Positions 17,792-27,679 of a DNA stretch of 54,983 nt are shown here, one piece after another. Under the pieces are notes generated by a model. That model searched no databases and was not told the DNA's origin. It saw only the letters and a program-made list of their open reading frames with translations. How positions within the stretch are numbered: the first letter of the stretch is position 1; each line of letters opens with the position of its first letter. Source of the stretch: Christensenellales bacterium (GTDB lineage Bacteria > Bacillota > Clostridia > Christensenellales > UBA1242); contig JBJFDJ010000011.1 in the NCBI GenBank assembly GCA_051889975.1, positions 1,573 through 56,555 on the forward strand, read 5' to 3'. A program made the translations under genes and the position numbers.

Positions 17792-19116
17792 AATATTTCT
17801 CCTTTTAAATCAATTCCTTCCAGTCCAACAATTTTAACATCGTAGAACTCGCCTATTTTTAAAGCTTTTGGGCTGTCAACATAAATCACAGTGTCAACAT
17901 TTGGCGAATTGTATTCGCTTCGCAAAACATAAGTGTCGTCTTGCTTTTGTTCACAAACTGCACAAACTGTTTTGCCCACAAAACTTTGTTGACTTTGAAG
18001 CATCAACTGTTGTTGCAAACTTGCAATTTCATTGTATCTTGCTTGCTTTGTCTTTTCATTTATTTGATGTGGCAAATCGTGTGCAACGGTGTGCTCTTCG
18101 CGTGAATACTTAAAAAAGCCAACATATTGCATTTTTTGATTTTGCAAAAAAGTTTTTAAAGTGTTAAAATCAGTTTTACTTTCGCCGGGAAATCCAACAA
18201 TAAAAGTGCTACGCACAGCAACAAACTCTGGCAAGTTGCGTATTTTATCAAGCAAACTTTCATAGTCTTTAAGCGTGTCTTTGCGATTCATCATTTTTAA
18301 CACATTGTCACTTGCGTGTTGCATTGGAATATCTATATATTTGCAAACTTTTGGATTTGTTGCAATTTCGTTTAACAGCTCGTCAGTTATCAAGTTTGGA
18401 TAGCAATAATGAAGTCTTATCCATTTTAGCTTTTTAATTTTTGATAGTTCGTGTAATAACTCTACAAGCACTGGTCTGTTAAACAAATCACTGCCATAAT
18501 TTGTAACATCTTGGGCAACCAAAATAAGTTCCCTAACGCCATTTTTAACAAGTTGATTTGCTTCTTTTATCACATCTTGTGGAAGCACCGATGTGTATCT
18601 TCCCCTTATGTGTGGAATTGTGCAATATGAACAGCAATTGTTGCAACCATCAGCAATTTTTAAGTATGCATAGTGAGATGGTGTTGACAAAACGCGTGCA
18701 AGGCTTTTTGGTTTTTTGTTTTTTTGTTTTGCACGGCTGTCAAAGCCAAAAAGACCTTCTACAACTTTAACTATGTTTTCATTGTTTTTTAATCTTACAA
18801 CAGCATCAATTTCTGGCATGCCCTTTTTGATTTCTTCGCTGTATCGTTGTGCCAAACAGCCAGTGACAATCAATTTTTCAAGCCCTTTTTGTTTGAGTTG
18901 CGCCACTTGCAAAATAGTGTCTATGCTCTCTTGTTTTGCATCACCAATAAAAGCGCAAGTGTTAACTATAACAAAGTTTGCTTGTTCAAGGTTGTCGGTG
19001 TAATCAAAGCCATAGTCTGTAAGCATAAATTTCATTTTTTCGGCATCAACTCTGTTTTTGTCACACCCAAGACATATCATGCTAAATTTTTTGTTTAATA
19101 ATTCGTCTTTTGTCAA
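17788..19116 (-). CDS. rimO: Ribosomal protein S12 methylthiotransferase
   Basis: The MTTase N-domain (LGCDKNRVDAE), the radical SAM motif CNNCCSYC and a TRAM C-terminus are present. The start is TTG with AAGGAG 8 nt upstream. Confidence 0.85.
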   Translation of the reverse strand: MTKDELLNKKFSMICLGCDKNRVDAEKMKFMLTDYGFDYTDNLEQANFVIVNTCAFIGDAKQESIDTILQVAQLKQKGLEKLIVTGCLAQRYSEEIKKGMPEIDAVVRLKNNENIVKVVEGLFGFDSRAKQKNKKPKSLARVLSTPSHYAYLKIADGCNNCCSYCTIPHIRGRYTSVLPQDVIKEANQLVKNGVRELILVAQDVTNYGSDLFNRPVLVELLHELSKIKKLKWIRLHYCYPNLITDELLNEIATNPKVCKYIDIPMQHASDNVLKMMNRKDTLKDYESLLDKIRNLPEFVAVRSTFIVGFPGESKTDFNTLKTFLQNQKMQYVGFFKYSREEHTVAHDLPHQINEKTKQARYNEIASLQQQLMLQSQQSFVGKTVCAVCEQKQDDTYVLRSEYNSPNVDTVIYVDSPKALKIGEFYDVKIVGLEGIDLKGEIL

Positions 19117-19127
19117 AATAAATCTCC

Positions 19128-22100
19128 TTAATCATGGTCATCAAAGTCTGTTTCGCCATAGATTTCCACATATTGTTGTTTGGTCATGTAAACTGCGCGT
19201 GATTTTGATGAGCCATCGCCTTCTGATATATATCGTTTTCTTGCAAGATAATCAATAATGCGTGCTGCTTTGTTAAAGCCAACGCGTTTAACACGCTGAA
19301 TGTAACTAGCACTTGCCCTGCCAATGCGAATAAATTCTTTCATCACATCTTTTGCATAGGCTTCCATTTCGGCTTCTTCGTCTTCTTCGTTGGTCATACT
19401 TGCAAAAGTGCCGTCTGGGTTTACACTATCTGCTTCTTTGCTCTTGTTGATTTCTTCTTGTATGCTTTCGTCATAATCTGCTTTGTTGTTTGCAACAACA
19501 TATTCAACAACGCGTTTAACTTCTTCATCAGACACATAACAACCTTGAAGCCGTTTTGGTGCACCGTTTGAGCCCGGCTCAACATAGAGCATATCGCCCC
19601 TACCCAAAAGGTTTTCGGCACCACTGTAACCCAAAATTGTTCGGCTGTCGGTTTGAGTTGTTAAAAAGAATGCAATTCGTGCAGGGAAGTTGTTTTTTGC
19701 TGTTCCACTTAAAACATCTACACTTGGTCTTTGTGTTGCAAGCACCAAATGTATTCCTGCTGCTCTTGCCTTTGCTGCAAGTTTTGAAACTTTGTTTTCA
19801 ATATCCTTGCAATCACTTTGCATCATATCGGCAAACTCGTCCATAATGATAATGATGTATGGCATTTTTGCAAGATATCTGTCTTTAACTTCTTGCATGT
19901 TGTTGTATTCGTCAATGTTTCTTACCCTGTGTTGTTCTAAAAGCACATATCTCTTTTCCATTTCTTTAATTGCCCAACCCAAAGCATTGTCTGCTTTTCG
20001 TGGTTCGCTGATGATATCTGGCAAAACAAGATGTGGCAAGCCTTGATAGATTGAAAATTCAACTCGTTTTGGGTCAATTAAAATAAATTTAACATCTTCT
20101 GGGCTAGACTTATACAAAATGCTTAAAATAAGCGAATTTAAGCAAACTGATTTACCACTGCCGGTGCTACCCGCAATTAAGACGTGAGGCATTTTGTTAA
20201 CTGCACAAACATCAATGTCGCCATTGATTTCCTTGCCAAGTGCAAAAGCACAAGGTGATTTGTGATTTACAAACCTGCCGTCTGACAAGATTTCTTTAAG
20301 AGATACTGTTGCAACCACATTGTTTGGAACTTCAATGCCAAAGGCACTCATACCCGGGATTGGCGCTTGTATCATAATTTTTTTGCTTGTTGCAATGCGC
20401 ATTGCAATATCATTTTGAAGTGCAGGAATTTTGCTAACACTTATGCCCACTGGCATTTCTAGTTCATATCTTGTAACTGCTGGTCCACGAGTTATGCCTA
20501 TTATCTTTGCAGGAATTTTAAATTCTTCCAAAACATTTTCTATTTTTCTGCCCGTTGCTTCAACATCTCCACCATATTCGCTTGAGTTTGTTGAAACACA
20601 AGTTAGCAAATCAAGTGGTGGCTTGTTATATTTGTATTCTTTAATTTTGACAGGTGCAGAATATTGCGTGTTGTCATAACTTTGCGCAGACTCTTTTGTT
20701 TTGTTGATTTCGGTTTGAACTGGATTTTTGTTTGTTGTGTCAAAACTGTTTATTTTGCTATATGGGTCACTTTGCAAGCCTTTTGGAAGTTCAATGCTTT
20801 GGCTTGGAAGGTTTGAGTTAAACATTTCGTCCAAATTTTTTTCGGGCTTAACTTCAACTTCTTTTATGCCATTTGGCACAACTTCTTCGTTTTGTAGGTC
20901 ATTAGACAACTTATCCAAAAAGTCACTTTGCTCACTTGGCGATTTATAATCTATATTTATGCTGTTTTGTGCCGTTTCTTCAACAAAATTTCCAAACACT
21001 TTTTTGTCTGACTGCTCGGTTGATAAATGTCTACCCATTGAGTCGGCAACGCTTGATGTGTTTGAGCTGTAAGTGTATTGCTCCACTTTGCTATTTGCAA
21101 AAGCATCTGCTTGCCTTAAATCTGTTTGTGGATTTTGCGTTGAATTAAAGACTTCTTGATTTTTGCGATTGTCAGTTAGCCCCATAAACTTTAAATACTC
21201 TTGATATTTTTGTTCTTGGCTGTTGTTTTGAGTTTTTGAAACTTCGCCTGAAAACATATTGTAGCCAAAACTTCCGTTTGAAATTGGAGCACTTGATTTG
21301 TTATAAAAAACACTTCCTCCAGCATTCATATAGTTTTTGTTAAATGTATCTAGTTGATTTGAATTTGTAACTTGAACACTTTGCTCGCCAATTCGGTCAA
21401 GCCCCAACTTTCGCCTTGCAATGTCTCTGGCAGTCTCTTCTTTTTTTATTTCTGCGTCAAGCCCAACAGATGTTTCAGCGCTATTGAGTGTTTTGGCGTC
21501 CAAATTAAAAGTGAGATTGCTGGTTTTTTCAACCCTTGCGTCTTGTTGCATTTCTGTTTTTGGATTTATCACAGGTTTGCTTTGACTTGCAACATTTTCT
21601 TTGGCTTTTGCAAGAGTTTGTTTGTCGGCAATCAAGTTGTAAATCATTGCTATGCAAATAACAAGAAGTATTGCAAAAACAAAATATGCACCTATGCCAA
21701 GCAATTTTTGAAATGGATATATAACAAGGCCCAGCAAAACACCACCAATTGATGTTTGCATGGTGTAAATGTCAGCAAGATATGTGCCATAGGTTGAAAG
21801 GTCAACCCCACCACTAAATGCCATGTGAAATATTGAAAGTATGCAAACAAGTGCAACACAGAGCCACGCAACATATTTTTTTGAAAGATTGAATTTTGCA
21901 CCCTTTAACAACTTGCCACTTGCAAAATACATAAGCATAAACATGATATATGAAAAAATGCCAAAAGTGCCCAGCAAAAAATATTTTAAGAATTTTAAAA
22001 ATGGAACAAAAAGCCCAAAATAGCCAACAGATGCAACAACCGTCAAAACAATTGCCCAAACTTTTGGTTTTGGCATTTTTGGTTTGTTATTATCTTTTTG

Positions 22101-22133
22101 AAGTTTTTTGTCTAATCCCGAAAAATATGTCAC
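19128..22133 (-). CDS. ftsK: DNA translocase FtsK/SpoIIIE
   Basis: Four to five N-terminal TM helices are followed by a long N/Q/S-rich linker. The motor domain has Walker A GSTGSGKS and Walker B IIIMDEFAD. The gamma winged helix reads SASYIQRVKRVGFNKAARIIDYL. The ORF track starts at 22145 (TTG). The GTG at 22133 has GGAG 6 nt upstream. Confidence 0.9.
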   Translation of the reverse strand: MTYFSGLDKKLQKDNNKPKMPKPKVWAIVLTVVASVGYFGLFVPFLKFLKYFLLGTFGIFSYIMFMLMYFASGKLLKGAKFNLSKKYVAWLCVALVCILSIFHMAFSGGVDLSTYGTYLADIYTMQTSIGGVLLGLVIYPFQKLLGIGAYFVFAILLVICIAMIYNLIADKQTLAKAKENVASQSKPVINPKTEMQQDARVEKTSNLTFNLDAKTLNSAETSVGLDAEIKKEETARDIARRKLGLDRIGEQSVQVTNSNQLDTFNKNYMNAGGSVFYNKSSAPISNGSFGYNMFSGEVSKTQNNSQEQKYQEYLKFMGLTDNRKNQEVFNSTQNPQTDLRQADAFANSKVEQYTYSSNTSSVADSMGRHLSTEQSDKKVFGNFVEETAQNSINIDYKSPSEQSDFLDKLSNDLQNEEVVPNGIKEVEVKPEKNLDEMFNSNLPSQSIELPKGLQSDPYSKINSFDTTNKNPVQTEINKTKESAQSYDNTQYSAPVKIKEYKYNKPPLDLLTCVSTNSSEYGGDVEATGRKIENVLEEFKIPAKIIGITRGPAVTRYELEMPVGISVSKIPALQNDIAMRIATSKKIMIQAPIPGMSAFGIEVPNNVVATVSLKEILSDGRFVNHKSPCAFALGKEINGDIDVCAVNKMPHVLIAGSTGSGKSVCLNSLILSILYKSSPEDVKFILIDPKRVEFSIYQGLPHLVLPDIISEPRKADNALGWAIKEMEKRYVLLEQHRVRNIDEYNNMQEVKDRYLAKMPYIIIIMDEFADMMQSDCKDIENKVSKLAAKARAAGIHLVLATQRPSVDVLSGTAKNNFPARIAFFLTTQTDSRTILGYSGAENLLGRGDMLYVEPGSNGAPKRLQGCYVSDEEVKRVVEYVVANNKADYDESIQEEINKSKEADSVNPDGTFASMTNEEDEEAEMEAYAKDVMKEFIRIGRASASYIQRVKRVGFNKAARIIDYLARKRYISEGDGSSKSRAVYMTKQQYVEIYGETDFDDHD

Positions 22134-22267
22134 ATCTATCTCCAATTTTTTTTAGTCTAAAAATGATTGTAATTTTACAATATAAAATATTGTAACATAA
22201 AAAACGAGCAAATACAATCTGTTTTTAAAACTTTTGTATTTACTCTTTAAAATTTTTGTCTTTGCGT

Positions 22268-23530
22268 CTATTTTATTAAAAAATATTTTTGCAAGTTTAG
22301 TCTTGTGTTGTCGCCAACATAACTGATTGAAAAATTGTTTGGCACAAGTGTTTTGTTAAGATATGGCAAAATATCTTTTTGTTTAACTGCATTTACGCGT
22401 TTTATATATTGCTCTTTTGTTATAACTTTGCTGTCAAAAGCCATATTTTTTGCATTGAAAAGACTTACAAAAGATGTCGTTTCAAAACTCAATTTTATGG
22501 TGCTTATCAAATTGTTTTTTGCGTTTTCAAACTGCTCATCTGTCAAGCCATTTTGCTTAACTTTTTGTATTTCTTCGGCAATTGCAGTTAAAGCAAGTGG
22601 CACATTTTTTGTTGTTGTGGCAAATCTGATTGTCATATCTCCACCAGCAGAATTTGCGATGGTGTTGCTATAAATTGAATATACAAGACCAAGTTGCTCC
22701 CTTATTCGTTGAAACAAAATGCTACTCATTCCAACACCAAAGGCAACATCAAAAATTTTGGCAACATAAAGGTCGGCATCACCCCGTTTAACACCAGCAA
22801 AACTTATGCACACTTGTGATTGAGCATTGTCTTTAAAAGACTTTAACACATTTATGTTGTTTGCCGTTTCAAAATCATTTTTAACATCATTGCCATTTTG
22901 CTTAAAATATGGCAGGAAATATTTTTCAACAAGCTTTAGCGCAGTTTCAAAGTCTATGTTGCCAGCAAAAGACAAGGTTATGTTTTGTGGAACATAGTAT
23001 TTATGCATAAAGGCAAGTATTTTTTCTCGTGTTAAAGATTTAACGCTTTGCATCGTGCCAGCAACATCTCTGCCAAATGGGTTGTTTGAGTAAAATGCCT
23101 GATTGATAAGCAATTCTGCTCTGCTTGGCGCATCGTCTTGATACATTTTAATTTCTTCAAGCACAACTTTTTTTTCTCGTGCCATCTCTTGTTTGTCAAA
23201 AACACTGTTAAACAGCATATCGCTTAAAATTTCAACACATTTTTCGGTGTTTTCTGCAGTTGATTTTGTGTAATACACTGTTTCTTCTTTGTCGGTGTAA
23301 GCATTTACATTTGCGCCAATTTTGTCTAACTCTTTTGATATATCCAAACTACTGCGAGTTGCAGTGCCCTTAAAAAGCATGTGTTCAATGTAATGAGCAA
23401 TGCCATAAAAACCTTGTTCTTCACACACACTGCCAACTTTTACAAACATATTAAATGACACACTTTCATAGTTTTCCATTTTGTCAACAACAAGTTTTAA
23501 GCCGTTTTTAAAAATTTTTGTTTTTACCAT
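22268..23530 (-). CDS. M16B family zinc peptidase (MlpA/YmxG-like)
   Basis: The inverted zinc motif is HYIEHMLFKG (HxxEH), with NAYTDKEETVYY downstream. The order pnp, deacetylase, M16 peptidase matches Bacillus pnpA-ylxY-mlpA. Confidence 0.85.
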   Translation of the reverse strand: MVKTKIFKNGLKLVVDKMENYESVSFNMFVKVGSVCEEQGFYGIAHYIEHMLFKGTATRSSLDISKELDKIGANVNAYTDKEETVYYTKSTAENTEKCVEILSDMLFNSVFDKQEMAREKKVVLEEIKMYQDDAPSRAELLINQAFYSNNPFGRDVAGTMQSVKSLTREKILAFMHKYYVPQNITLSFAGNIDFETALKLVEKYFLPYFKQNGNDVKNDFETANNINVLKSFKDNAQSQVCISFAGVKRGDADLYVAKIFDVAFGVGMSSILFQRIREQLGLVYSIYSNTIANSAGGDMTIRFATTTKNVPLALTAIAEEIQKVKQNGLTDEQFENAKNNLISTIKLSFETTSFVSLFNAKNMAFDSKVITKEQYIKRVNAVKQKDILPYLNKTLVPNNFSISYVGDNTRLNLQKYFLIK

Positions 23531-23621
23531 ATTTCACCACCTATAAGTATAACCATTATAACACATAAAAAACAGATTTATAAACAAAAAACAACCTTAA
23601 AAATTATTTTTTGTCGAATTT

Positions 23622-23650
23622 AAAAAAAGTTACAACAAAATGTAACTTTT
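23622..23650. terminator. Hairpin terminator about 190 nt downstream of the deacetylase gene
   Basis: aaaagttaca / tgtaactttt (23625-23634 / 23641-23650) is a 10-bp perfect stem with a 6-nt loop. A T-run follows on the minus strand (23622-23628 is A on the plus strand). Confidence 0.6.
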
Positions 23651-23839
23651 ATAGATTGTTTGTCATTGATTGTCTGTTTGCAAAACACTTGTTTTAAATA
23701 AAATTTGAGTGTTTGACAAAATAAACTATATGTTTGCCAAAAATCAAACAATTTTAATCTTTGATTATATGTCTGCAATTAATTAATGCTCACAAAAAGC
23801 AATCAAATTTGCATAAAACTGCTGATTTCAAACAACTAA

Positions 23840-24562
23840 TTAAGCAATGTTTTCGCTGATTGGCACAATGTTAAAACCTGCTGATTTGTAGGCAGTTATT
23901 ATGTCGTTTAAGGCATTTTTTGTGCATTCGGTTGGGTGCATTAAAACAATGTCGCCATTTTGCATATTTTTTGTTGCCCTGCTAAAAATCAAATTTGTGT
24001 CCTTATCGCGCCAATCTATTGTGTCTTTGCTCCACATAATAGTTGTGTAGCCCAAATTTTCTGCTGCTTCTAGCGTATGCGAGCCATAAGACCCACTTGG
24101 TGGCATAAACATTGTCATATCAATGCCAACAAGCCCTTTAATCAACTTGTGCGTGTAACTGATTTCTTGCACATTTCGGTCATAGTCAACAAGTTTGTGG
24201 TCCTTGTGATAATAACCATGATTGCCAAGTTCGTGCCCATCGTCAACAATTCGTTTTAAGAGTTCAACATTTTCACTTGCCCACATTCCACCAACAAAAA
24301 ATGTTGTTTTGACATTTTGTTCTTTTAAAATGTCAAGCATATCACTTAAATACTCTGTGCCCCAATAAACATTTATGCAAAGTGTTGCATTTTTGTTGTT
24401 TTCATTGCCTCTATAAACAGCTTTGTAACCTGTGCTACTTACAACAACGGTGCTGTCTGTATAAAAACAAACTCCAAACACCGACATAACACATAAGACC
24501 AAAATTAAATTCACAACAACGGTGATTAACAAATTTTTTTTGCTTTTTAAACCACATTTCAT
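23840..24562 (-). CDS. Polysaccharide deacetylase family sporulation protein (YlxY/PdaB-like)
   Basis: An N-terminal TM or signal helix is followed by a NodB-type domain (NVKTTFFVGGMWASEN, DGHELGNHGYYH, IVLMHP). It sits directly after pnp, as ylxY does in Bacillus. Confidence 0.8.
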   Translation of the reverse strand: MKCGLKSKKNLLITVVVNLILVLCVMSVFGVCFYTDSTVVVSSTGYKAVYRGNENNKNATLCINVYWGTEYLSDMLDILKEQNVKTTFFVGGMWASENVELLKRIVDDGHELGNHGYYHKDHKLVDYDRNVQEISYTHKLIKGLVGIDMTMFMPPSGSYGSHTLEAAENLGYTTIMWSKDTIDWRDKDTNLIFSRATKNMQNGDIVLMHPTECTKNALNDIITAYKSAGFNIVPISENIA

Positions 24563-24909
24563 ATTGATATTGTATGCAAGTTAAAAACACAAAATGATTG
24601 CTTGTTCGGATTTTAAGTTTTTTATGATAAATGATTGCATTTTTTAAAGTTTTGTCCTATAAGCAAAAATTCGAAAAATAAAAACAATACATAATAAAAA
24701 AAGCAAATAAGATGAAATATTTTGAAAAAATAAAAATAATACATAGCCAAAAAGTGCAAATAAATAAAATATTTTAAATAAAATAACACACCATAAAAAC
24801 TGCAAATGAAACATAAACAGTTTTAAAGCAAAAATTTTGCATAGCACCAAAATTGTAAGTATTTTCTAACTTTTTTTAAGTGCTATGCAAACTTTTGCAA
24901 GCAGAAAAT

Positions 24910-24939
24910 TAAAAAACAGCAATGAACTTCACTGCTGTT
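24910..24939 (-). terminator. Intrinsic terminator of pnp
   Basis: The stem aacagca / tgctgtt (24915-24921 / 24933-24939) is followed on the minus strand by TTTTTT. It lies 8 nt after the pnp stop. Confidence 0.65.
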
Positions 24940-24946
24940 ATATTTG

Positions 24947-27031
24947 TTATTTTATAACTTCAAGTAGTTTAAGGTCAACCCTTCCCTTGTCGTCAACTTT
25001 GATAACTTCAACTTTAACTTTGTCGCCAACTTTTACAATATCTTCAACTTTTTCAACTCTTTCTTTTGAAAGTTTGCTGATGTGTATCATACCTTCTTTT
25101 GTTGGGGCAAGTTCTACAAACGCACCAAAACTTGAAATTTTTATAACACGGCCTGTGTATTGATTGCCAACTTTAACATCTTCTGTGATGCCCAAAATGA
25201 TTTGTTTTGCGCGTTCGTTTTGGTCTTTGTTGATTGATGCAATTGTTACCAAACCTTCGTCTGTGATGTCAATTTTAACACCTGTTTCTTCAATGATTTT
25301 GTTTATTGTCTTACCTGCTTTGCCAACAACATCACCAATTTTTTCTGGGTCAATGTTAAAACTGATAATTTTTGGAGCATATTTAGAAAGTTCTGGGTTA
25401 ACGTGGTCCAAACATTCCATCATTTTGCCCAAGATGTGAAGTCTGCCAACTCTTGCTTGTTCAAGTGCTTCACGCAAAATTTGTTCGTCAATGCCCTTTA
25501 TTTTGATATCCATTTGAATGGCTGTTATGCCCTTGTCTGTTCCTGCAACTTTAAAGTCCATATCGCCAAGGAAGTCTTCTAAACCTTGAATATCTGTGAG
25601 AACTGACAATTTTTTGCCTTCTTTTATAAGGCCCATAGCAACGCCAGCAACTGGTGCTTTGATAGGGACACCTGCGTCCATAAGTGCAAGAGTGCTACCA
25701 CAAACACTTGCTTGACTTGTTGAGCCATTGCTTGACAAAATGTCACTTACTGTGCGAATTGCATAAGGAAATTCTTCAAAACTTGGAAGGACTGGTTCCA
25801 AACTTCTTTCTGCAAGTGCGCCATGACCAATTTCTCGTCTGCCAGGTGCTTTGAGTGGTCTTGCCTCGCCTGTTGTGTAAGGTGGCATATTGTATTGGTG
25901 CATATAGCGTTTAACTTCGTCTTTGTCACTTAATGTTTCAACTGTTTGCATATCGCTTATTGTGCCAAGTGTGCAAGTTGTCAAAACTTGTGTTTGACCA
26001 CGAGTGAACACAGCACTGCCGTGTGTTCTGGCAAGCAAACCGTGTTCGCACCAAATTGGACGAATTTCTCTTAATGTTCTGCCGTCTGGGCGAATGCCTT
26101 TTTCGGTTATTTTTGCTCTAACCTTTTCTTTTTTAAGGTTGTAAAGAGATGTTTCAATGTCTTTTTTGTGTTCTTCCAAAATATCTGCAAAGTGGTCAAA
26201 CACTTTTTCGTTTAAAGCATCTTCCTTTTCATCCCTCTTTTGTCTGTCATACTCGTCAAGCACTTTGTCCATGAGTTTGTCGGCATATTTTCTAACTTCT
26301 TTGTCAACTTTTGGGTCAACGTGATATACGTCAACTTTGGCTTTCTTTTTGCCAACTGCCTTGACTATTTTGTTGACAAACTTAACTTGTTCTTTAATTG
26401 CTTCGTGCGCAAACAAAATGCCTTGAAGCATTTGTTCTTCCGTAACTTCCTTTGCACCAGCTTCAACCATCAAAATAGCTTCTTCTGTGCCACTTACGGT
26501 AAGATTTATCAAACTTTTTTCTCTTTGTTCTAAATCTGGGTTGATGATATATTTACCATCAATCAAGCCAACATTTACACTGCCTGTTGGTCCAGCAAAA
26601 GGTATGTCACTTATTGAAAGTGCAATTGAACTGCCAAGCATTGCAAGAGGTTCTGGTGCAATGTTTGGGTCAACAGAAAGTGCTGTGGCAATGACAGCAA
26701 CATCGTTGTAAAATCCTTTTTCAAAAAGTGGTCTTATGGGTCTATCAATCAAACGACTTGTTAAGATTGCCTTGTCATTTGCCCTACCTTCACGGCGTTT
26801 AAAACTGCCCGGTATGCGACCAACGCTATACATTTTTTCTTCAAAATCCACACCAAGTGGAAAGAAGTCCATACCTTCCCTTGGTTTTTCGGACATTGTA
26901 ACGTTTACCATAACACTTGTTTCGCCACAAGTTACAATGCAATGTCCATTTGCTTGACCACAATATTTGCCTGTTTCAACAGTTACTTCTCTGCCACCTA
27001 TTGTGGTTTGGAAAATTTTTCCTATTTCCAT
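24947..27031 (-). CDS. pnp: Polyribonucleotide nucleotidyltransferase (PNPase)
   Basis: Two RNase PH domains (GRIPGSFKRREGR; FLGDMDFKVAGT) plus C-terminal KH and S1 domains (GRVIKISSFGAFVEL) are present. The length is 694 aa. Confidence 0.97.
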   Translation of the reverse strand: MEIGKIFQTTIGGREVTVETGKYCGQANGHCIVTCGETSVMVNVTMSEKPREGMDFFPLGVDFEEKMYSVGRIPGSFKRREGRANDKAILTSRLIDRPIRPLFEKGFYNDVAVIATALSVDPNIAPEPLAMLGSSIALSISDIPFAGPTGSVNVGLIDGKYIINPDLEQREKSLINLTVSGTEEAILMVEAGAKEVTEEQMLQGILFAHEAIKEQVKFVNKIVKAVGKKKAKVDVYHVDPKVDKEVRKYADKLMDKVLDEYDRQKRDEKEDALNEKVFDHFADILEEHKKDIETSLYNLKKEKVRAKITEKGIRPDGRTLREIRPIWCEHGLLARTHGSAVFTRGQTQVLTTCTLGTISDMQTVETLSDKDEVKRYMHQYNMPPYTTGEARPLKAPGRREIGHGALAERSLEPVLPSFEEFPYAIRTVSDILSSNGSTSQASVCGSTLALMDAGVPIKAPVAGVAMGLIKEGKKLSVLTDIQGLEDFLGDMDFKVAGTDKGITAIQMDIKIKGIDEQILREALEQARVGRLHILGKMMECLDHVNPELSKYAPKIISFNIDPEKIGDVVGKAGKTINKIIEETGVKIDITDEGLVTIASINKDQNERAKQIILGITEDVKVGNQYTGRVIKISSFGAFVELAPTKEGMIHISKLSKERVEKVEDIVKVGDKVKVEVIKVDDKGRVDLKLLEVIK

Positions 27032-27235
27032 ACTTATCCTTCCTTTTTTGTTTCTACTAAATTAGTATAAAACAAAATTGAAATTAAGTGAAACAAATTT
27101 TGATAATTATTTAAAATAACTAAATTTATGTGTGAATATTATTGATTTGCCATAAAAACCTGCGTTTGCTTTCATTAAAAAATTTTGATTTTAATTTGCC
27201 GTTTAAATCTAATCATTATTGCCAAAATTGATGTT

Positions 27236-27258
27236 AAAAAAACCACCCTGATGGGTGG
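27236..27258 (-). terminator. Intrinsic terminator/attenuator between rpsO and pnp
   Basis: The GC-rich stem ccaccc / gggtgg (27243-27248 / 27253-27258) is followed on the minus strand by TTTTTTT. It begins 8 nt after the rpsO stop. Confidence 0.75.
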
Positions 27259-27265
27259 ATAAACA

Positions 27266-27517
27266 TTATCTTAAATTAAGTTTTTCTTTTAAACTACGAT
27301 ATCTTTCAATATCTCTACTTTTAAGATATTTGAGTAGTTTGTTTCTTTTGCCTACCATTTTAAACAAGCCGTGACGACTGTGGTTGTCTTGTTTGTTTGT
27401 TTTTAAGTGTTCGGTTAAGTGAGCAATTCTTTCTGTTAAAAGTGCAACTTGAACTTCTACACTGCCTGTGTCGCCTTCTTTGGTAGCAAATTGGTTGATT
27501 GTATCAATCTTTGCCAT
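27266..27517 (-). CDS. rpsO: 30S ribosomal protein S15
   Basis: [28 protein letters not shown]...HSRHGL is canonical S15. The ATG at 27517 has AAGGAG 8 nt upstream, whereas the ORF-track start at 27523 leaves only 2 nt of spacing. Confidence 0.92.
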   Translation of the reverse strand: MAKIDTINQFATKEGDTGSVEVQVALLTERIAHLTEHLKTNKQDNHSRHGLFKMVGKRNKLLKYLKSRDIERYRSLKEKLNLR

Positions 27518-27601
27518 TGTCATTTCTCCTTTTTTATATTTTCACCCAAAACTAAGCAAATCGGCAGGAGAGCCAAACAACTGAGCATTGGGAACGCATA
27601 T

Positions 27602-27630
27602 ATGATATCACATATTTTTTTGTTTGTAAA
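27602..27630 (-). promoter_or_regulatory. rpsO promoter, TTTACA-17-TGaTATCAT
   Basis: The reverse complement reads TTTACA (27630-27625), 17 nt, then TATCAT (27607-27602) preceded by TG. A leader of about 85 nt follows, with possible CCCAA/TTGGG pairing (a candidate S15 autoregulatory site, unverified). Confidence 0.5.
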
Positions 27631-27644
27631 GGTTTTTTTTGATG

Positions 27645-27673
27645 TTGACATCGACAAAACCAAATAGTATAAT
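27645..27673 (+). promoter_or_regulatory. Consensus sigma-A promoter TTGACA-17-TATAAT, 6 nt before the ATG at 27680
   Basis: TTGACA is at 27645-27650, the spacer is 17 nt, and TATAAT is at 27668-27673. Then cattat and ATG follow. There is no Shine-Dalgarno. Confidence 0.65.
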
Positions 27674-27679
27674 CATTAT

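Noticed and set aside
19900-21500. Long N/Q/S-rich region inside ftsK, considered as a possible gene fusion or frameshifted extra gene.
   Set aside because: The frame is continuous from the TM domain to the motor domain. FtsK/SpoIIIE proteins characteristically have long, poorly conserved linkers.
23657-23739. Four copies of TGTTTG-N-CA (23657, 23675, 23710, 23731), a motif that resembles the tgtttgttggca repeat at 52273.
   Set aside because: The plus strand of this window is strongly T/G-rich and TGTTTG is frequent throughout. Spacing is irregular (18, 35, 21 nt). This is compositional rather than a specific motif.
24644-24850. 68-aa hydrophobic ORF (minus strand) in the 384-bp pnp-to-deacetylase spacer, plus a 9-bp stem gcatagcac/gtgctatgc (24840-24848 / 24881-24889).
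   Set aside because: The peptide is almost pure F/L/I/Y from T-rich DNA, with no SD and a non-ATG start context. The hairpin has a 32-nt loop and no U-tract. A small membrane protein cannot be excluded, but there is no positive evidence.
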